NCBI GenBank assembly: GCA_003568775.1
Contig: MWMI01000004.1
Location: 43,389-75,388, forward strand
Source of the DNA: Candidatus Nanoclepta minutus
Lineage (GTDB): Archaea > Nanobdellota > Nanobdellia > Nanobdellales > Nanobdellaceae
DNA length: 32,000 bases
Direction: 5' to 3'
Position numbers and translations under genes: made by a program. Under the pieces are notes generated by a model, which did not search any database, had not been told where the DNA came from, and saw only the letters and a list, made by a program, of their open reading frames with translations. This document shows positions 1 to 8,875 of this stretch, piece by piece; position 1 is the first letter of the stretch; each line of letters opens with the position of its first letter.

Positions 1-42
1 TATAGTATAATACCTCATCTCTTATGTTGTAAAAGAAAATTT

Positions 43-576
43 TTAAGGCTCTTCTACGATCCTTACATTATAGGCTTCCTTCAGGAACTCTATAACCTCC
101 TCCTTAGTAGTTCTATGCCTACTGGGTATCTTAGATCTCTTAATCTTTCTATACATGACCCTGTAGCCTGGCCTCCTAACAGAAACGCATACATCCATAC
201 CATACATACCTATCTCTGGATCATACTTCATGCCGGGTATCCAAACGTACTCCTTTATACCAAAGCTGAAGTTCCCATACTTATCAAACTGCTTTGTACT
301 TATAGTATTATTAACAGCTTTTAATAACCATCTTAAAGCTTCTTCAGCTTCTTTTCCCCTTAAGGTAAGCTTAACACCAATTTCTAAACCAGGCCTTACC
401 CCCCACTCTGGTATTCTCTTCTTTCCTTTTGTTCTAACAGGCTTCTTGTTAGGAAACATTTTCATGATCAATTTTTCCGCCTTTTCTAAGGGTTCTCCAG
501 CTTGTCCAACTCCTATGTTTATAGTAACTTTATCTATTACTATCCTTCTCATTGGATTTTTGTCTTTGTTTCCCAT
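43..576 (-). CDS. rpl5: 50S ribosomal protein L5 (uL5)
   Basis: The 177-aa product reads as archaeal uL5 throughout. It sits in the conserved order S17-L14-L24-S4e-L5. The ATG was verified at 574-576, 1 nt after the S4e stop. Confidence 0.95.
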   Translation of the reverse strand: MGNKDKNPMRRIVIDKVTINIGVGQAGEPLEKAEKLIMKMFPNKKPVRTKGKKRIPEWGVRPGLEIGVKLTLRGKEAEEALRWLLKAVNNTISTKQFDKYGNFSFGIKEYVWIPGMKYDPEIGMYGMDVCVSVRRPGYRVMYRKIKRSKIPSRHRTTKEEVIEFLKEAYNVRIVEEP

Positions 577-577
577 T

Positions 578-1306
578 TTATAATGTTATTAGAGGCTTAT
601 CTTTGCCTACAACAATTGCAAATTCTGATAAAGTCTCCCTACTCTCTCCAGTCTCTAGATCTTCATAAACAATGAATCTTGTATGTCCAAAACTCTTCTT
701 CAATACCTTAACTTCCTTAATTCTACCCAATCTTCCTGCACTATTTCCCTTATAGAAGAAGACCAACATTCCAGGCTCCATACCTATTACTTTTTCTATT
801 TTCCCATTAATTAAGTTTATAAATATAGAATCTTCAGTCTTTACGTTATTTTCATTGATAATGAAATTCCTCCCATCAAATCCAGTTATCTGGGTCTTTC
901 CTCCCTTTATATTTTGCTTTCTAATTATCCTTATTACTTTCTTTCCATACTCATCTTCTGGAATTTCAACCAACTTCAATTTTCCTTTTGGATCAACCGA
1001 AACCCTATAACATTTGTTTATATCAACGATTTTCATAGTATCAAACAATCCAACTGGATAGTTAATATCCCTAACTTTCTTTCCATTAACTTCAACAGAA
1101 CCTTTAGATAGTATATACCTTAGCTCCCTTTTATTCTTAACTAACTTTAAGTAATCCCTCAACCATAAAAGTATAGGCATACAGAGCTCAAACGGTATTC
1201 CAGTAGTAATTGGTCTTGCTACCCAATAGGATCCCTTTCTATATATCGGCCAGGTTTTCGGTGCTGATATTCTTCTCAAATGTCTCTTTCCACCTATATG
1301 TGCCAT
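578..1306 (-). CDS. rps4e: 30S ribosomal protein S4e (eS4)
   Basis: The N-terminus MAHIGGKRHLRRISAPKTWPI is typical of eS4. Length is 242 aa and the operon position is conserved. Confidence 0.95.
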   Translation of the reverse strand: MAHIGGKRHLRRISAPKTWPIYRKGSYWVARPITTGIPFELCMPILLWLRDYLKLVKNKRELRYILSKGSVEVNGKKVRDINYPVGLFDTMKIVDINKCYRVSVDPKGKLKLVEIPEDEYGKKVIRIIRKQNIKGGKTQITGFDGRNFIINENNVKTEDSIFINLINGKIEKVIGMEPGMLVFFYKGNSAGRLGRIKEVKVLKKSFGHTRFIVYEDLETGESRETLSEFAIVVGKDKPLITL

Positions 1307-1307
1307 T

Positions 1308-1805
1308 TTATATATTTCTTCCTATATCAATAGCCTTTTTGACATCTTCTTGGCCAACAGAAAATTTCTTTATTATCTCATCTACTCTCTCCCTATCCTT
1401 AACTTTCCTAATCAACGCTTCTATTCTCAACTTATCAGTAAGGTTTAACTTGAGGATCATTAACTTAGAATGGTGAATAGGATAATAAATCTCTTTTCCT
1501 GTCTTTGAGTTATATTTTGCATTTTCTACAAACACCCTATACCTCTTCGCATCAACCTTTACAACCAAACCTTCTGTACCTCTAAACTTTCCCCTTAGTA
1601 TCCTTACATAGTCCCCAACCCTTATCGGGAAACTCTTTATTCTTAATATTTTCCTTATTTCTTCACTAAGAGTGGAGCACATAATTTTCCTCCTTATATG
1701 GATTGGAGCATTAATCAAATACTTCCTCTGTTTTCTTGGCTGTTTAGATTTCTTCCAACCTTTATACCAATTATCGTATTTTATATTTTTGAATTCCAAT
1801 ACCAT
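1308..1805 (-). CDS. rpl24: 50S ribosomal protein L24 (uL24) with N- and C-terminal extensions
   Basis: It has the SKQPRKQRK...AP.H.R motif and a KOW-like segment VGDYVRILRGKFRGTEGLV. The start overlaps the L14 stop as TAATG (1803-1807). At 165 aa it is longer than the roughly 120 aa usual for archaeal uL24. Confidence 0.9.
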   Translation of the reverse strand: MVLEFKNIKYDNWYKGWKKSKQPRKQRKYLINAPIHIRRKIMCSTLSEEIRKILRIKSFPIRVGDYVRILRGKFRGTEGLVVKVDAKRYRVFVENAKYNSKTGKEIYYPIHHSKLMILKLNLTDKLRIEALIRKVKDRERVDEIIKKFSVGQEDVKKAIDIGRNI

Positions 1806-2206
1806 TATACGATTATACTTGCGATTTTTCCAACTTCAGGCCATCTTTCAACTACCTCTCTTGCTACAGGGCCCCTTATAATAGTTCCAGCTAAAGTTCC
1901 CTTTTCATCTTTAACTAACACACATGCGTTATCCTCAAACTTTATTCTGACTCCATCAGGTCTCCTATATTCCTTTCTCTGTCTTATTATAATTGCCTTC
2001 ATTACTTTTCCTACTAAGCTTATATCCCCCTCCTTGACCGTAACAACTACTAAGTCCCCTATTCCTGCCTTTGATAACCTCCTCTTAACCCCTTTATATC
2101 CTATTACCTGAATGATCTGAACTAACTTTGCTTTAGAATTATCCGCTACTTTGAGATAACTTCCCGTATTTAGTGCCCTAACAACCTTTGCAGATATTGC
2201 CTTCAT
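1805..2206 (-). CDS. rpl14: 50S ribosomal protein L14 (uL14)
   Basis: The 133-aa product has uL14-like sequence throughout, in the conserved operon position. Its ATG overlaps the S17 stop as ATGA. Confidence 0.95.
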   Translation of the reverse strand: MKAISAKVVRALNTGSYLKVADNSKAKLVQIIQVIGYKGVKRRLSKAGIGDLVVVTVKEGDISLVGKVMKAIIIRQRKEYRRPDGVRIKFEDNACVLVKDEKGTLAGTIIRGPVAREVVERWPEVGKIASIIV

Positions 2207-2541
2207 TTTTTAGATAAAACAACAAAATGAACTGTCTTAGAAAGTGGCCTAGTTTCCCCAATTATTACGTTATCTCCTGGTTTTATGTTAGATAAGCATT
2301 CTGGTACGTATGCTAAAATCCTACTTATCCTCTTTTCATATCTTTCATATTTCGTTAAATAAACGTATCTTTCTATTTCTACTTTAGCTATTTTACGAGA
2401 ATACTTCAAAACCTTTCCCTCAAATATAAATCCATGTATCCTAACTTTACCATGCCAAGGACATTTTTCTTCATTACATGTCCTTTCCGGTGGCGCTATG
2501 TCCTCTATACCTATGTTTTTAACATAAGTCATCATTTTCAA
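2203..2541 (-). CDS. rps17: 30S ribosomal protein S17 (uS17)
   Basis: The sequence is uS17-like (GKVLKYSRKIAKVEIERYVYLTKYERYEKR...). The track start at 2541 is a TTG. ATG codons at 2535 and 2532 lie at the expected distance from a TATA box at 2558-2565, so the true start may be 2535 on a leaderless mRNA. Confidence 0.9.
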   Translation of the reverse strand: MKMMTYVKNIGIEDIAPPERTCNEEKCPWHGKVRIHGFIFEGKVLKYSRKIAKVEIERYVYLTKYERYEKRISRILAYVPECLSNIKPGDNVIIGETRPLSKTVHFVVLSKK

Positions 2542-2557
2542 AAAATGAGGGATTATA

Positions 2558-2565
2558 TTTATAAA
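2558..2565 (-). promoter_or_regulatory. Palindromic TATA box (TTTATAAA), probable promoter of the S17-L5 operon
   Basis: TTTATAAA lies 23-30 nt upstream of ATG 2535 on the minus strand. That fits the archaeal -26/-27 TATA position for a leaderless transcript. Confidence 0.4.
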
Positions 2566-2567
2566 TT

Positions 2568-2616
2568 ATGAAGAATAATCCCATTGCTGAAACGTGATGA
2601 GAGATGGGCGTGCAGA
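2568..2616 (+). ncRNA. Candidate C/D-box sRNA (2'-O-methylation guide)
   Basis: Layout: AUGAAGA (2568-2574), 12 nt ataatcccattg, CUGA (2587-2590), loop aac, GUGAUGA (2594-2600), 12 nt gagatgggcgtg, CAGA (2613-2616). This is the exact archaeal C-12-D'-3-C'-12-D geometry. The terminal D box is degenerate (CAGA). Confidence 0.45.
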
Positions 2617-2624
2617 TTTATAAG
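2617..2624 (+). promoter_or_regulatory. TATA box (TTTATAAG) for the 5S rRNA gene
   Basis: The box is centred about 27 nt upstream of the first G of the 5S rRNA at 2648. Confidence 0.5.
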
Positions 2625-2647
2625 CTTATCATTATCAATAATAATAA

Positions 2648-2771
2648 GGGTAGGGCGGCCAAAGTGGCCGGGAAACACCCGTTCCCATTTCGAACACGGA
2701 AGTTAAGCCGGCCCACGTCCGCAGGAGTACTGGCGAAGGCCGGGAAACTGCGGAAGCTGCCCGCCCTATCT
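2648..2771 (+). rRNA. rrf: 5S ribosomal RNA
   Basis: This is a GC-rich island in AT-rich DNA. It contains the conserved 5S core CCCGUUCCCAUUUCGAACACGGAAGUUAAGC. The terminal helix pairs tagggcggc with gcccgcccta, and a T-run follows at 2774-2777. No 16S or 23S rRNA is adjacent. Confidence 0.93.
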
Positions 2772-3053
2772 AATTTTAAACCTCTTTACATAACCACAGT
2801 TCAGGCATTTATATATGACTTTTCCCCTCCTAACTCTTATAGATAAAGTCTTTCCAGGTATCCAAACGGTATAACATTTCTTGCAGAATTTATTCCTCAA
2901 TTCTCTTATTAGCTTTATATTTGCCTTCCTCTTTATCTCTAAGAGGATCTTAATATACCTTCTAGAAAGATCCGGATCTTTATCAAAAACTTCTAGCGAT
3001 TTTTTATACAAATATTTTATCCTTTTAATTGCTATCTTTCTATTATTTATCAC
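2766..3053 (-). CDS. rnp4: RNase P protein component 4 (Rpp21/Rpr2 family)
   Basis: The 95-aa basic protein has a C-terminal zinc ribbon, CKKC...17 aa...CLNCG. The start is GTG at 3051-3053, overlapping the upstream stop as GTGA. Confidence 0.8.
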   Translation of the reverse strand: MINNRKIAIKRIKYLYKKSLEVFDKDPDLSRRYIKILLEIKRKANIKLIRELRNKFCKKCYTVWIPGKTLSIRVRRGKVIYKCLNCGYVKRFKIR

Positions 3054-3394
3054 TTTAAATTTATTTCAACCTTCTTACTTTCTTTCTTACTTAAGTTTTC
3101 TATTAGTATTATTATTTTATCAGAATTCCTATAATCTAGGTTAGGTATCTTTATCTCAACTTCTGCTTTTTTATATTTTTCTATATTTAGGATAATCGGA
3201 ATGTTTAAATTATAATACATTCTAAATCTCAAATTTGTTAATTGATCTTCAATCTTTATCTCTTCTGTACTAATTCTAAAGTTCCTTAAAAATGGAGAAT
3301 GATTTTTTATTGTTATTATAACCTTTTTTGAATATTTTTGATCTATTAAAGGTTCAACAATGTATCCAACCTCCCACCTATCCTCTACCTCCAT
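3050..3394 (-). CDS. Hypothetical protein (114 aa)
   Basis: The ORF is packed tightly between pth2 (17-nt overlap) and rnp4 (4-nt overlap). The alternating K/I/E pattern suggests a small beta-rich protein. I recognise no motif. Confidence 0.5.
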   Translation of the reverse strand: MEVEDRWEVGYIVEPLIDQKYSKKVIITIKNHSPFLRNFRISTEEIKIEDQLTNLRFRMYYNLNIPIILNIEKYKKAEVEIKIPNLDYRNSDKIIILIENLSKKESKKVEINLK

Positions 3395-3737
3395 AATAGA
3401 GTCTTAGATTTCCAGTTATTTTATCTATTTTTGTCTCCTCATCAGGACCAATCCCAACACATGTAATAGTCCCTGGAGGGATTTCAGTTAATCCTGCATC
3501 TTTAATTAAAACGCATGTTAAATTATTTTCCTTTGCCATTTTATATATATTTAAGAGTTCTTCTTCATTCTTTACTTTCAATAAAACCTTTTTAGCACCT
3601 TCTTCCCTCCATTTTTTTAGTATTTCTGGATCAGCAGATAAGGCTGCCTCAAGAGATGCATGAGCAACTTGTATACATAGTTTTCCGCAAGAAATGGTAA
3701 GATCCTCCCTTAAAACTATTACTTGCTTGTATTTCAT
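3378..3737 (-). CDS. pth2: Peptidyl-tRNA hydrolase, archaeal/eukaryotic type (Pth2)
   Basis: The 119-aa product has KQVIVLREDL...GKLCIQVAHASL and C-terminal GLTEIPPGTITCVGIGP, both characteristic of PTH2. Confidence 0.9.
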   Translation of the reverse strand: MKYKQVIVLREDLTISCGKLCIQVAHASLEAALSADPEILKKWREEGAKKVLLKVKNEEELLNIYKMAKENNLTCVLIKDAGLTEIPPGTITCVGIGPDEETKIDKITGNLRLYYGGRG

Positions 3738-4117
3738 AAAAGTTTCTTTATTTTTTCCATTAAAAGGCTATATCTTATTTCCATTTCTTTTCTTCTTTTA
3801 TATTCATCCTCATACATCTTTGAGATATTCTTAATATCGTTTTCTAATCTAGATATAATGTTCTTTATATTTTCTATCTCCCCATCTATACCTAAAAACC
3901 TATCCTTAGTAATCTCCTCTCTTCTCTTGTTAAAATTTTCTATTTCTTCTATTTTTCCATCAATAGATTTTATTTTACTATCTATAACGTTAATTCTTTC
4001 TTTTAATTCCCTTATTTCCTTTGAAAGTTCATCTATTTTTGAGATAAGGTTCTCCACATATTTCTTTAAACCATCAATATTTAACAACTCTTCTATAACT
4101 TTCTCATATGGTTCCAT
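3734..4117 (-). CDS. Hypothetical coiled-coil protein (127 aa)
   Basis: The sequence is continuously heptad-like and rich in K/E/I/L/N, with no TM segment or catalytic motif. Confidence 0.55.
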   Translation of the reverse strand: MEPYEKVIEELLNIDGLKKYVENLISKIDELSKEIRELKERINVIDSKIKSIDGKIEEIENFNKRREEITKDRFLGIDGEIENIKNIISRLENDIKNISKMYEDEYKRRKEMEIRYSLLMEKIKKLL

Positions 4118-4146
4118 TATAAATAGTAATACATTAGTCTTTATAT

Positions 4147-4653
4147 ATGATCGGAAGACTGCATTTCTCTACATCCTTACTGCTGTCTTACCTAATATAT
4201 GGCTTTTTAGGGTTTGATAAGGTTTCATCGATAGTTCTATCTATAATTACTGCAAGTATATCTTCCTTACCAGATTTCGATTATAAAATCTTCTCATGGG
4301 CAAATAAAAAGAAAATTCTATTTGAAAAAACAGGATTGAAATATATTTTATTTCCTATATATTTACTAATCTTACTCTTAATTAAATTATTTAGACACAG
4401 AGGAATTACACATTCTATTTTTCCAATAATTATATTCTTTTATCTTTCTATATTCTTTAGACCCTTCCTAATATTATCAATCTCTTTCTTATTGCATTCC
4501 ATTGAAGATTCCTTTACCGTTAGTGGTATATATCCCCTCTATCCAGTAAGAGACATTCAATTGAAGATACCAATACTAAGCAATAAGCAGAGGAGACTTC
4601 AAAGTATCCTATCGTATCTCTTTATATTCATTTTCTTCTTATTGATCCTATGA
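4147..4653 (+). CDS. Membrane-bound metal-dependent hydrolase, YdjM/DUF457 family
   Basis: It is a polytopic membrane protein with the family signatures SSLPDFD and HRGITHS. Confidence 0.7.
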   Translation: MIGRLHFSTSLLLSYLIYGFLGFDKVSSIVLSIITASISSLPDFDYKIFSWANKKKILFEKTGLKYILFPIYLLILLLIKLFRHRGITHSIFPIIIFFYLSIFFRPFLILSISFLLHSIEDSFTVSGIYPLYPVRDIQLKIPILSNKQRRLQSILSYLFIFIFFLLIL

Positions 4654-5180
4654 GAGTTTTTATTGCAATCGATATACCGGAGGAATTAAAGGACAATATA
4701 TATAATGAAATTAAGAAAATAAGGGGGGTTAAAGGAAAGTTCGTAGAAAAAGAAAACTTACACATAACCCTAAAGTTCTTAGGAGAACTACAACCAAATA
4801 TCGTAGAAAAAATAAAGAATGACTTAGAGATAATAAAGTTCCAGAAATTTAAAATAGAAATATATGGGCTTGGTAATTTCAATAATAGAGTCCTATGGTT
4901 TGGGATAAAAAGAGGGGCTGAAAGAATAATTGAACTAAAAAATCAGATAGATGATATACTAAGAAAATATAATCTTCCACCTGATAGGGATTTCCATCCA
5001 CATATAACTATATTAAGGATAAAGGAAATCCTTTCAAGACAAGATTACCAAAATACCCTAGAAAAACTCAGAAACGTTGAAGTTGGAAGGTTTATTGCAG
5101 AAGGCTTCTCCCTAAAGCAAAGTATATTAAGGAGAGAAGGCCCACTATACTTGAATATAAAAGAATACAAATTCATATAA
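4650..5180 (+). CDS. thpR: RNA 2',3'-cyclic phosphodiesterase / 2'-5' RNA ligase (LigT/ThpR, 2H phosphoesterase)
   Basis: Two HxT motifs are present at the expected spacing, HITLKFLG and HPHITILR. Length is 176 aa. Confidence 0.9.
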   Translation: MRVFIAIDIPEELKDNIYNEIKKIRGVKGKFVEKENLHITLKFLGELQPNIVEKIKNDLEIIKFQKFKIEIYGLGNFNNRVLWFGIKRGAERIIELKNQIDDILRKYNLPPDRDFHPHITILRIKEILSRQDYQNTLEKLRNVEVGRFIAEGFSLKQSILRREGPLYLNIKEYKFI

Positions 5181-5215
5181 TCACTTTTTAAGTTTATCAT
5201 AAAACATAATGGTAA

Positions 5216-5419
5216 ATGGGTGCAGGTGACCTACTACCTGAAGTAAAAGCCAGGTTATTTAATAATATATTTATATGTAGGAGATGTAAGGCTAGGATCA
5301 GAGCCGATCCTACTAAAGTAAGGGAAGGTAAAGTTAGGTGCAGGAGATGTGGATCAAAAAATTTGAGACCAAAGAAACAAGTGATATCTTTAGTGGGAGG
5401 CAGTAGTGGAGGCAAATGA
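5216..5419 (+). CDS. rpl40e: 50S ribosomal protein L40e (eL40)
   Basis: The small basic protein has a CRRC...CRRC zinc ribbon (ICRRCKARI...VRCRRCGSKNLRPKK). Confidence 0.9.
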   Translation: MGAGDLLPEVKARLFNNIFICRRCKARIRADPTKVREGKVRCRRCGSKNLRPKKQVISLVGGSSGGK

Positions 5420-6477
5420 ACCTAAACTCAATTTTTCTTTTAATTTATGTCTTCTTCCTATCCTTAACATTCTATATATTAAAGAAGTTTGGAAAAAATG
5501 TAGAGTATAACATACTCTATAGTATATTTAGGATAGGTGATAGGATAGGTTTCTTAGAAAAAATCAGTAAGAGCTTTCTATCAAAGATCTTGGAAATTTT
5601 AGCCATACCTACAGGATTTTTAGCAATGTTTTTTTCGATATACTTTATATTATATGGAATTAAGGCAAAGATACCAACAATAGTTCCAGTAATCCCAGGA
5701 ATTGAGATATATGGAATCCGATTCCCTTTTATAGAAATAATAATAGCAATATTCCTATCTGCCTTGGTCCATGAACTCTCACATGCCCTCCTAGTCCTAA
5801 AGAATAAGCTCAAAATAAAGTCATATGGAATATTCTTCTTAGGTCCCTTTTTAGGTGCATTCGTAGAACCTTCTGAAGATGTATATAGGATAGACAAGAT
5901 AAAGCAGATAGCAATATTTCATGCCGGCATATTAGCAAACCTGTTATTAGCAGTTTTAGTTATCTTGATAGGAAACCTCTTTCATTTCTATTTAGTAAAT
6001 TCGGGAAACATTCAAGTTATAATAGTAGGAAAGGTTCCAAATACTACTGTAGAAAACATTAGTGGTGAGAGACTTCTATACATTAACCAGTTTAAAATAA
6101 ATAGCTTATCCGATATAGAAAAGGCTTTAATGAATTATAGGCCAGGGGATACCATTGAATTGATTACAAATGTCTCTAATTATAGAATAAAATTATCTAA
6201 CAATAATGGAAAGCCTTTTATGGGTCTCTATTTTACTGAAGAAATAAACAATAAATCATACAGATTTATAGTTAATTTACTGTTTTGGATTATGATGATC
6301 AGCTTGGGAATAGGATTGGGAAACGCTCTACCGATCTTTATTTTAGATGGAGGTCAGTCTATGAAAGCCCTTCTAGAGATTATATTTAAAAATGAGGAAG
6401 TTGCCAATAAGCTCTATATCCTCATAAGTTGTCTGGTTATAGCTCTAATAATAGTTAACTTCATTGTTGTATTATGA
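5416..6477 (+). CDS. Site-2 protease family (M50) intramembrane metalloprotease with PDZ-like insert
   Basis: It has HELSHAL (HExxH) in a TM segment and the second motif NALPIFILDGG. A soluble PDZ-like stretch lies between the TM blocks. Confidence 0.85.
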   Translation: MNLNSIFLLIYVFFLSLTFYILKKFGKNVEYNILYSIFRIGDRIGFLEKISKSFLSKILEILAIPTGFLAMFFSIYFILYGIKAKIPTIVPVIPGIEIYGIRFPFIEIIIAIFLSALVHELSHALLVLKNKLKIKSYGIFFLGPFLGAFVEPSEDVYRIDKIKQIAIFHAGILANLLLAVLVILIGNLFHFYLVNSGNIQVIIVGKVPNTTVENISGERLLYINQFKINSLSDIEKALMNYRPGDTIELITNVSNYRIKLSNNNGKPFMGLYFTEEINNKSYRFIVNLLFWIMMISLGIGLGNALPIFILDGGQSMKALLEIIFKNEEVANKLYILISCLVIALIIVNFIVVL

Positions 6478-7614
6478 AAAAAGATGTTTAACTAAGATAG
6501 TTGCATAGCTTCCTTTCTTTAACTTGAAATATATTCTTATTGTTGAATCCTTAATTTCGTATTTAAAGTTTGAGACTTCAGCTATTATCGGCCTATTAAT
6601 GGAATTCAAAGTTAGGGATGGCTTATCCTTAAAATATAATCTGTCTAGCCTTATTTTTTCTTCCATTAATATTTCCTTATAGACTCTCTTAAAATCATCT
6701 TCAATTTTTTCTATATTTAGATCATGTCCAACTGCAGGTAATACTTTACCCCTAATCCTATCAATAAAATCCTTATTTTTTGAAATATACAGATCCTCCA
6801 TTGCAACCTTTATCTTGTATAAGTTATCCCCAAATTCCTTTATATAGTTAGAGAGGACCTTATTCCAAATATAGGATTGATATGAATGTAAGAAGAGCTT
6901 TAAAAGCCTTTTATGAATTACTTTAAAGGCTCTATAATAGTTTCTATCCCTTATAAGATAATTTAAAATACCTAATTCTATATCTAGCCATTTTGGAAAA
7001 TATTTAATTGCTTCTTCAAATTTACCCCAGTTTTCACTTAACCATTTTCTAGCATTTCTTGCAGTAAGGTTTTCGTTTTCTGATTGATATGTCAACAGGA
7101 TTCTTATAGCATTTTCCCAGTTTCTATTTATTATTTCTCTACCAATTAAATGGTTAATATACCTTATATTGCCAAACCTTTGATCATCAAAATAGTTATA
7201 AAAATACTTAGAAAATATGTCCAGGTTTTCCTCAAATTTTTCCATCTCTTCATTCTTTACATCTCTTATAGTTATCTCGAACTCATTTTCGACTATATCC
7301 GATATCCTTAAAGGTTCTTCAAAACTTCCGATATATTTTAGCTTCACGTTACCAAAGTTATATTCATACTTAAAATCCTCCAAACCCTTTATCGCTATAT
7401 ATTGTTCTGAAACAGTTTTCTTATCCTTCTCTCCAGCAAAAAATATCCTTTTCTTTGATATCCTTAAATTCCTTGCAACAAGCCTTATAGCCCTTATTGT
7501 ACTTAAGTTCTTCTTTTTCATTAAAAAATAAGCATATCCTGTTCCAGGAGTCTTAGAATTTAAATCAATTATCTCTCTTACAACAAAATCCTCTGGTCTT
7601 TCTTTTATTTTCAT
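6472..7614 (-). CDS. truD: tRNA pseudouridine synthase TruD/Pus7 family
   Basis: The N-terminus KERPEDFVVREI is the typical TruD opening. Length is 380 aa, and the conserved FGNIRY-type (QRFG) region is present as DDQRFGNIRY. Confidence 0.85.
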   Translation of the reverse strand: MKIKERPEDFVVREIIDLNSKTPGTGYAYFLMKKKNLSTIRAIRLVARNLRISKKRIFFAGEKDKKTVSEQYIAIKGLEDFKYEYNFGNVKLKYIGSFEEPLRISDIVENEFEITIRDVKNEEMEKFEENLDIFSKYFYNYFDDQRFGNIRYINHLIGREIINRNWENAIRILLTYQSENENLTARNARKWLSENWGKFEEAIKYFPKWLDIELGILNYLIRDRNYYRAFKVIHKRLLKLFLHSYQSYIWNKVLSNYIKEFGDNLYKIKVAMEDLYISKNKDFIDRIRGKVLPAVGHDLNIEKIEDDFKRVYKEILMEEKIRLDRLYFKDKPSLTLNSINRPIIAEVSNFKYEIKDSTIRIYFKLKKGSYATILVKHLFS

Positions 7615-8753
7615 ATCTTAAACTCCCAGTTCCACATTTCAGAAGCTAGTTTTCCATCATACATAAACTTATCAAGGTCTATTTTCCTTCTGTTTTCCTG
7701 TATATTTCTTAAGAATTCCCATACCTTCTTTGCAGTATAATCCTTAAGTTCTCCAGTAGTTATTTCTCCTTTTCTATATCCTTCTTCAATTTCCTTTAGC
7801 TTTCTATCATCTTCTTCAAAAAGAACAGATAACCAAAAGAAAGATACATCAATTTCTGGTTTTCCCCCATATTTCTTATGTTCTTCCAAAGTAGCACCAC
7901 CACCGGAAAAGGCATACTTCAATATCTTATACCTTACCGTCTCATAATCGTCGTCTATAAATATAGCGGATTTTGGATCCGACGCAGACATCTTTGTATA
8001 AGGTCCCTGCAATCCCCATACGAACTTTGAGAGTATAGTAATTGCCTTTTTTCTATTGAATTTTTCAGCAATATCCCTTTGTAACCTAAAGTATGGATCC
8101 TGATCTATTCCACAAGGTATTAATGGATAACTTTCTTCAAAAAATGTTGGGACAATTTGTAATGATATATAGAACGGTAAACCGATTGTTGCTGAATCAT
8201 CGAATCCAAATACCTTTTTAGCTTCATGTATGGATATTTCCCTAGCAACATATATCGCTGGTTTATATAGATGTTTTATATATTCTGAATTTATGAAAAT
8301 AAAGGTCCTATCTGGATCTAATCCAACTGATGCAATAGTTCTTGCATCTTCATAAGCATATTGCCTTGTAGCTTCATAATCGTCTGTTTTCTTAGCCCAA
8401 TACTTTTCCTCATCAGGTATCTGTATATATACATTTACCTTAAACTTATCTTGCAACCATTTTACTAAAATAAATGGGATTAAATGTCCTATATGCATCT
8501 TGCTTTTAGAAGGTGCTCTACCCGTATATATGAAGAAACTTTTTCCGTTTTTATATTCCTTTAATAACTCATCAAAACCTCTATGTGCATAAAAGAACCT
8601 CCTCCTCAACAAAACATGTAAATCTCCCGTAATCTCTTTTAATTCGTTTAATAAATTATCATCTATTTCTTTCACACCAAACTCTTCAATTAGTTTCCTG
8701 TAATCTTCTTCAGATTCAATATCAACTTCCCATGGAGTAACCTTTGAGTTCAT
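7611..8753 (-). CDS. trpS: Tryptophanyl-tRNA synthetase
   Basis: YTGRAPSKSKMHIGHLIPFILVKWLQDKFKVNVYIQIPDEEKYW closely parallels the archaeal/eukaryotic TrpRS HIGH region. The KMSAS motif is present. Confidence 0.93.
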   Translation of the reverse strand: MNSKVTPWEVDIESEEDYRKLIEEFGVKEIDDNLLNELKEITGDLHVLLRRRFFYAHRGFDELLKEYKNGKSFFIYTGRAPSKSKMHIGHLIPFILVKWLQDKFKVNVYIQIPDEEKYWAKKTDDYEATRQYAYEDARTIASVGLDPDRTFIFINSEYIKHLYKPAIYVAREISIHEAKKVFGFDDSATIGLPFYISLQIVPTFFEESYPLIPCGIDQDPYFRLQRDIAEKFNRKKAITILSKFVWGLQGPYTKMSASDPKSAIFIDDDYETVRYKILKYAFSGGGATLEEHKKYGGKPEIDVSFFWLSVLFEEDDRKLKEIEEGYRKGEITTGELKDYTAKKVWEFLRNIQENRRKIDLDKFMYDGKLASEMWNWEFKI

Positions 8754-8790
8754 AGGATTTCTTAAGTATATAAAGAATAATAATATTTAT

Positions 8791-8875
8791 GCCGCGGTGC
8801 CCGAGTGGACCAAGGGGTCTGGCTCGAGACCAGATCCCCGATAAGGGGACCGGGGTTCGAATCCCCGCCGCGGCG
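8791..8875 (+). tRNA. tRNA-Ser (anticodon CGA)
   Basis: I folded the cloverleaf by hand. The acceptor pairs GCCGCGG with CCGCGGC, and the anticodon stem pairs TCTGG with CCAGA around the loop CTCGAGA. A long variable arm pairs CCCC-GATA-GGGG, and the T arm is CGGGG-TTCGAAT-CCCCG. It is 85 nt and class II. Confidence 0.92.

Noticed and set aside
2604-2846. An 80-aa plus-strand ORF from the track.
   Set aside because: It lies directly over the 5S rRNA gene. Its Gly/Arg/Pro/Ala-rich translation simply reflects the GC-rich RNA sequence, so it is not a protein gene.
3723-4217. A 164-aa plus-strand ORF, together with similar antisense ORFs at 230-583, 1698-2111, 5517-5897, 7217-7531, 9380-9676, 19388-19648 and 20358-20618.
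   Set aside because: All are nested opposite to, or out of frame with, well-supported genes. They have F/S/I/L-rich shadow-frame composition, and none has its own intergenic space.
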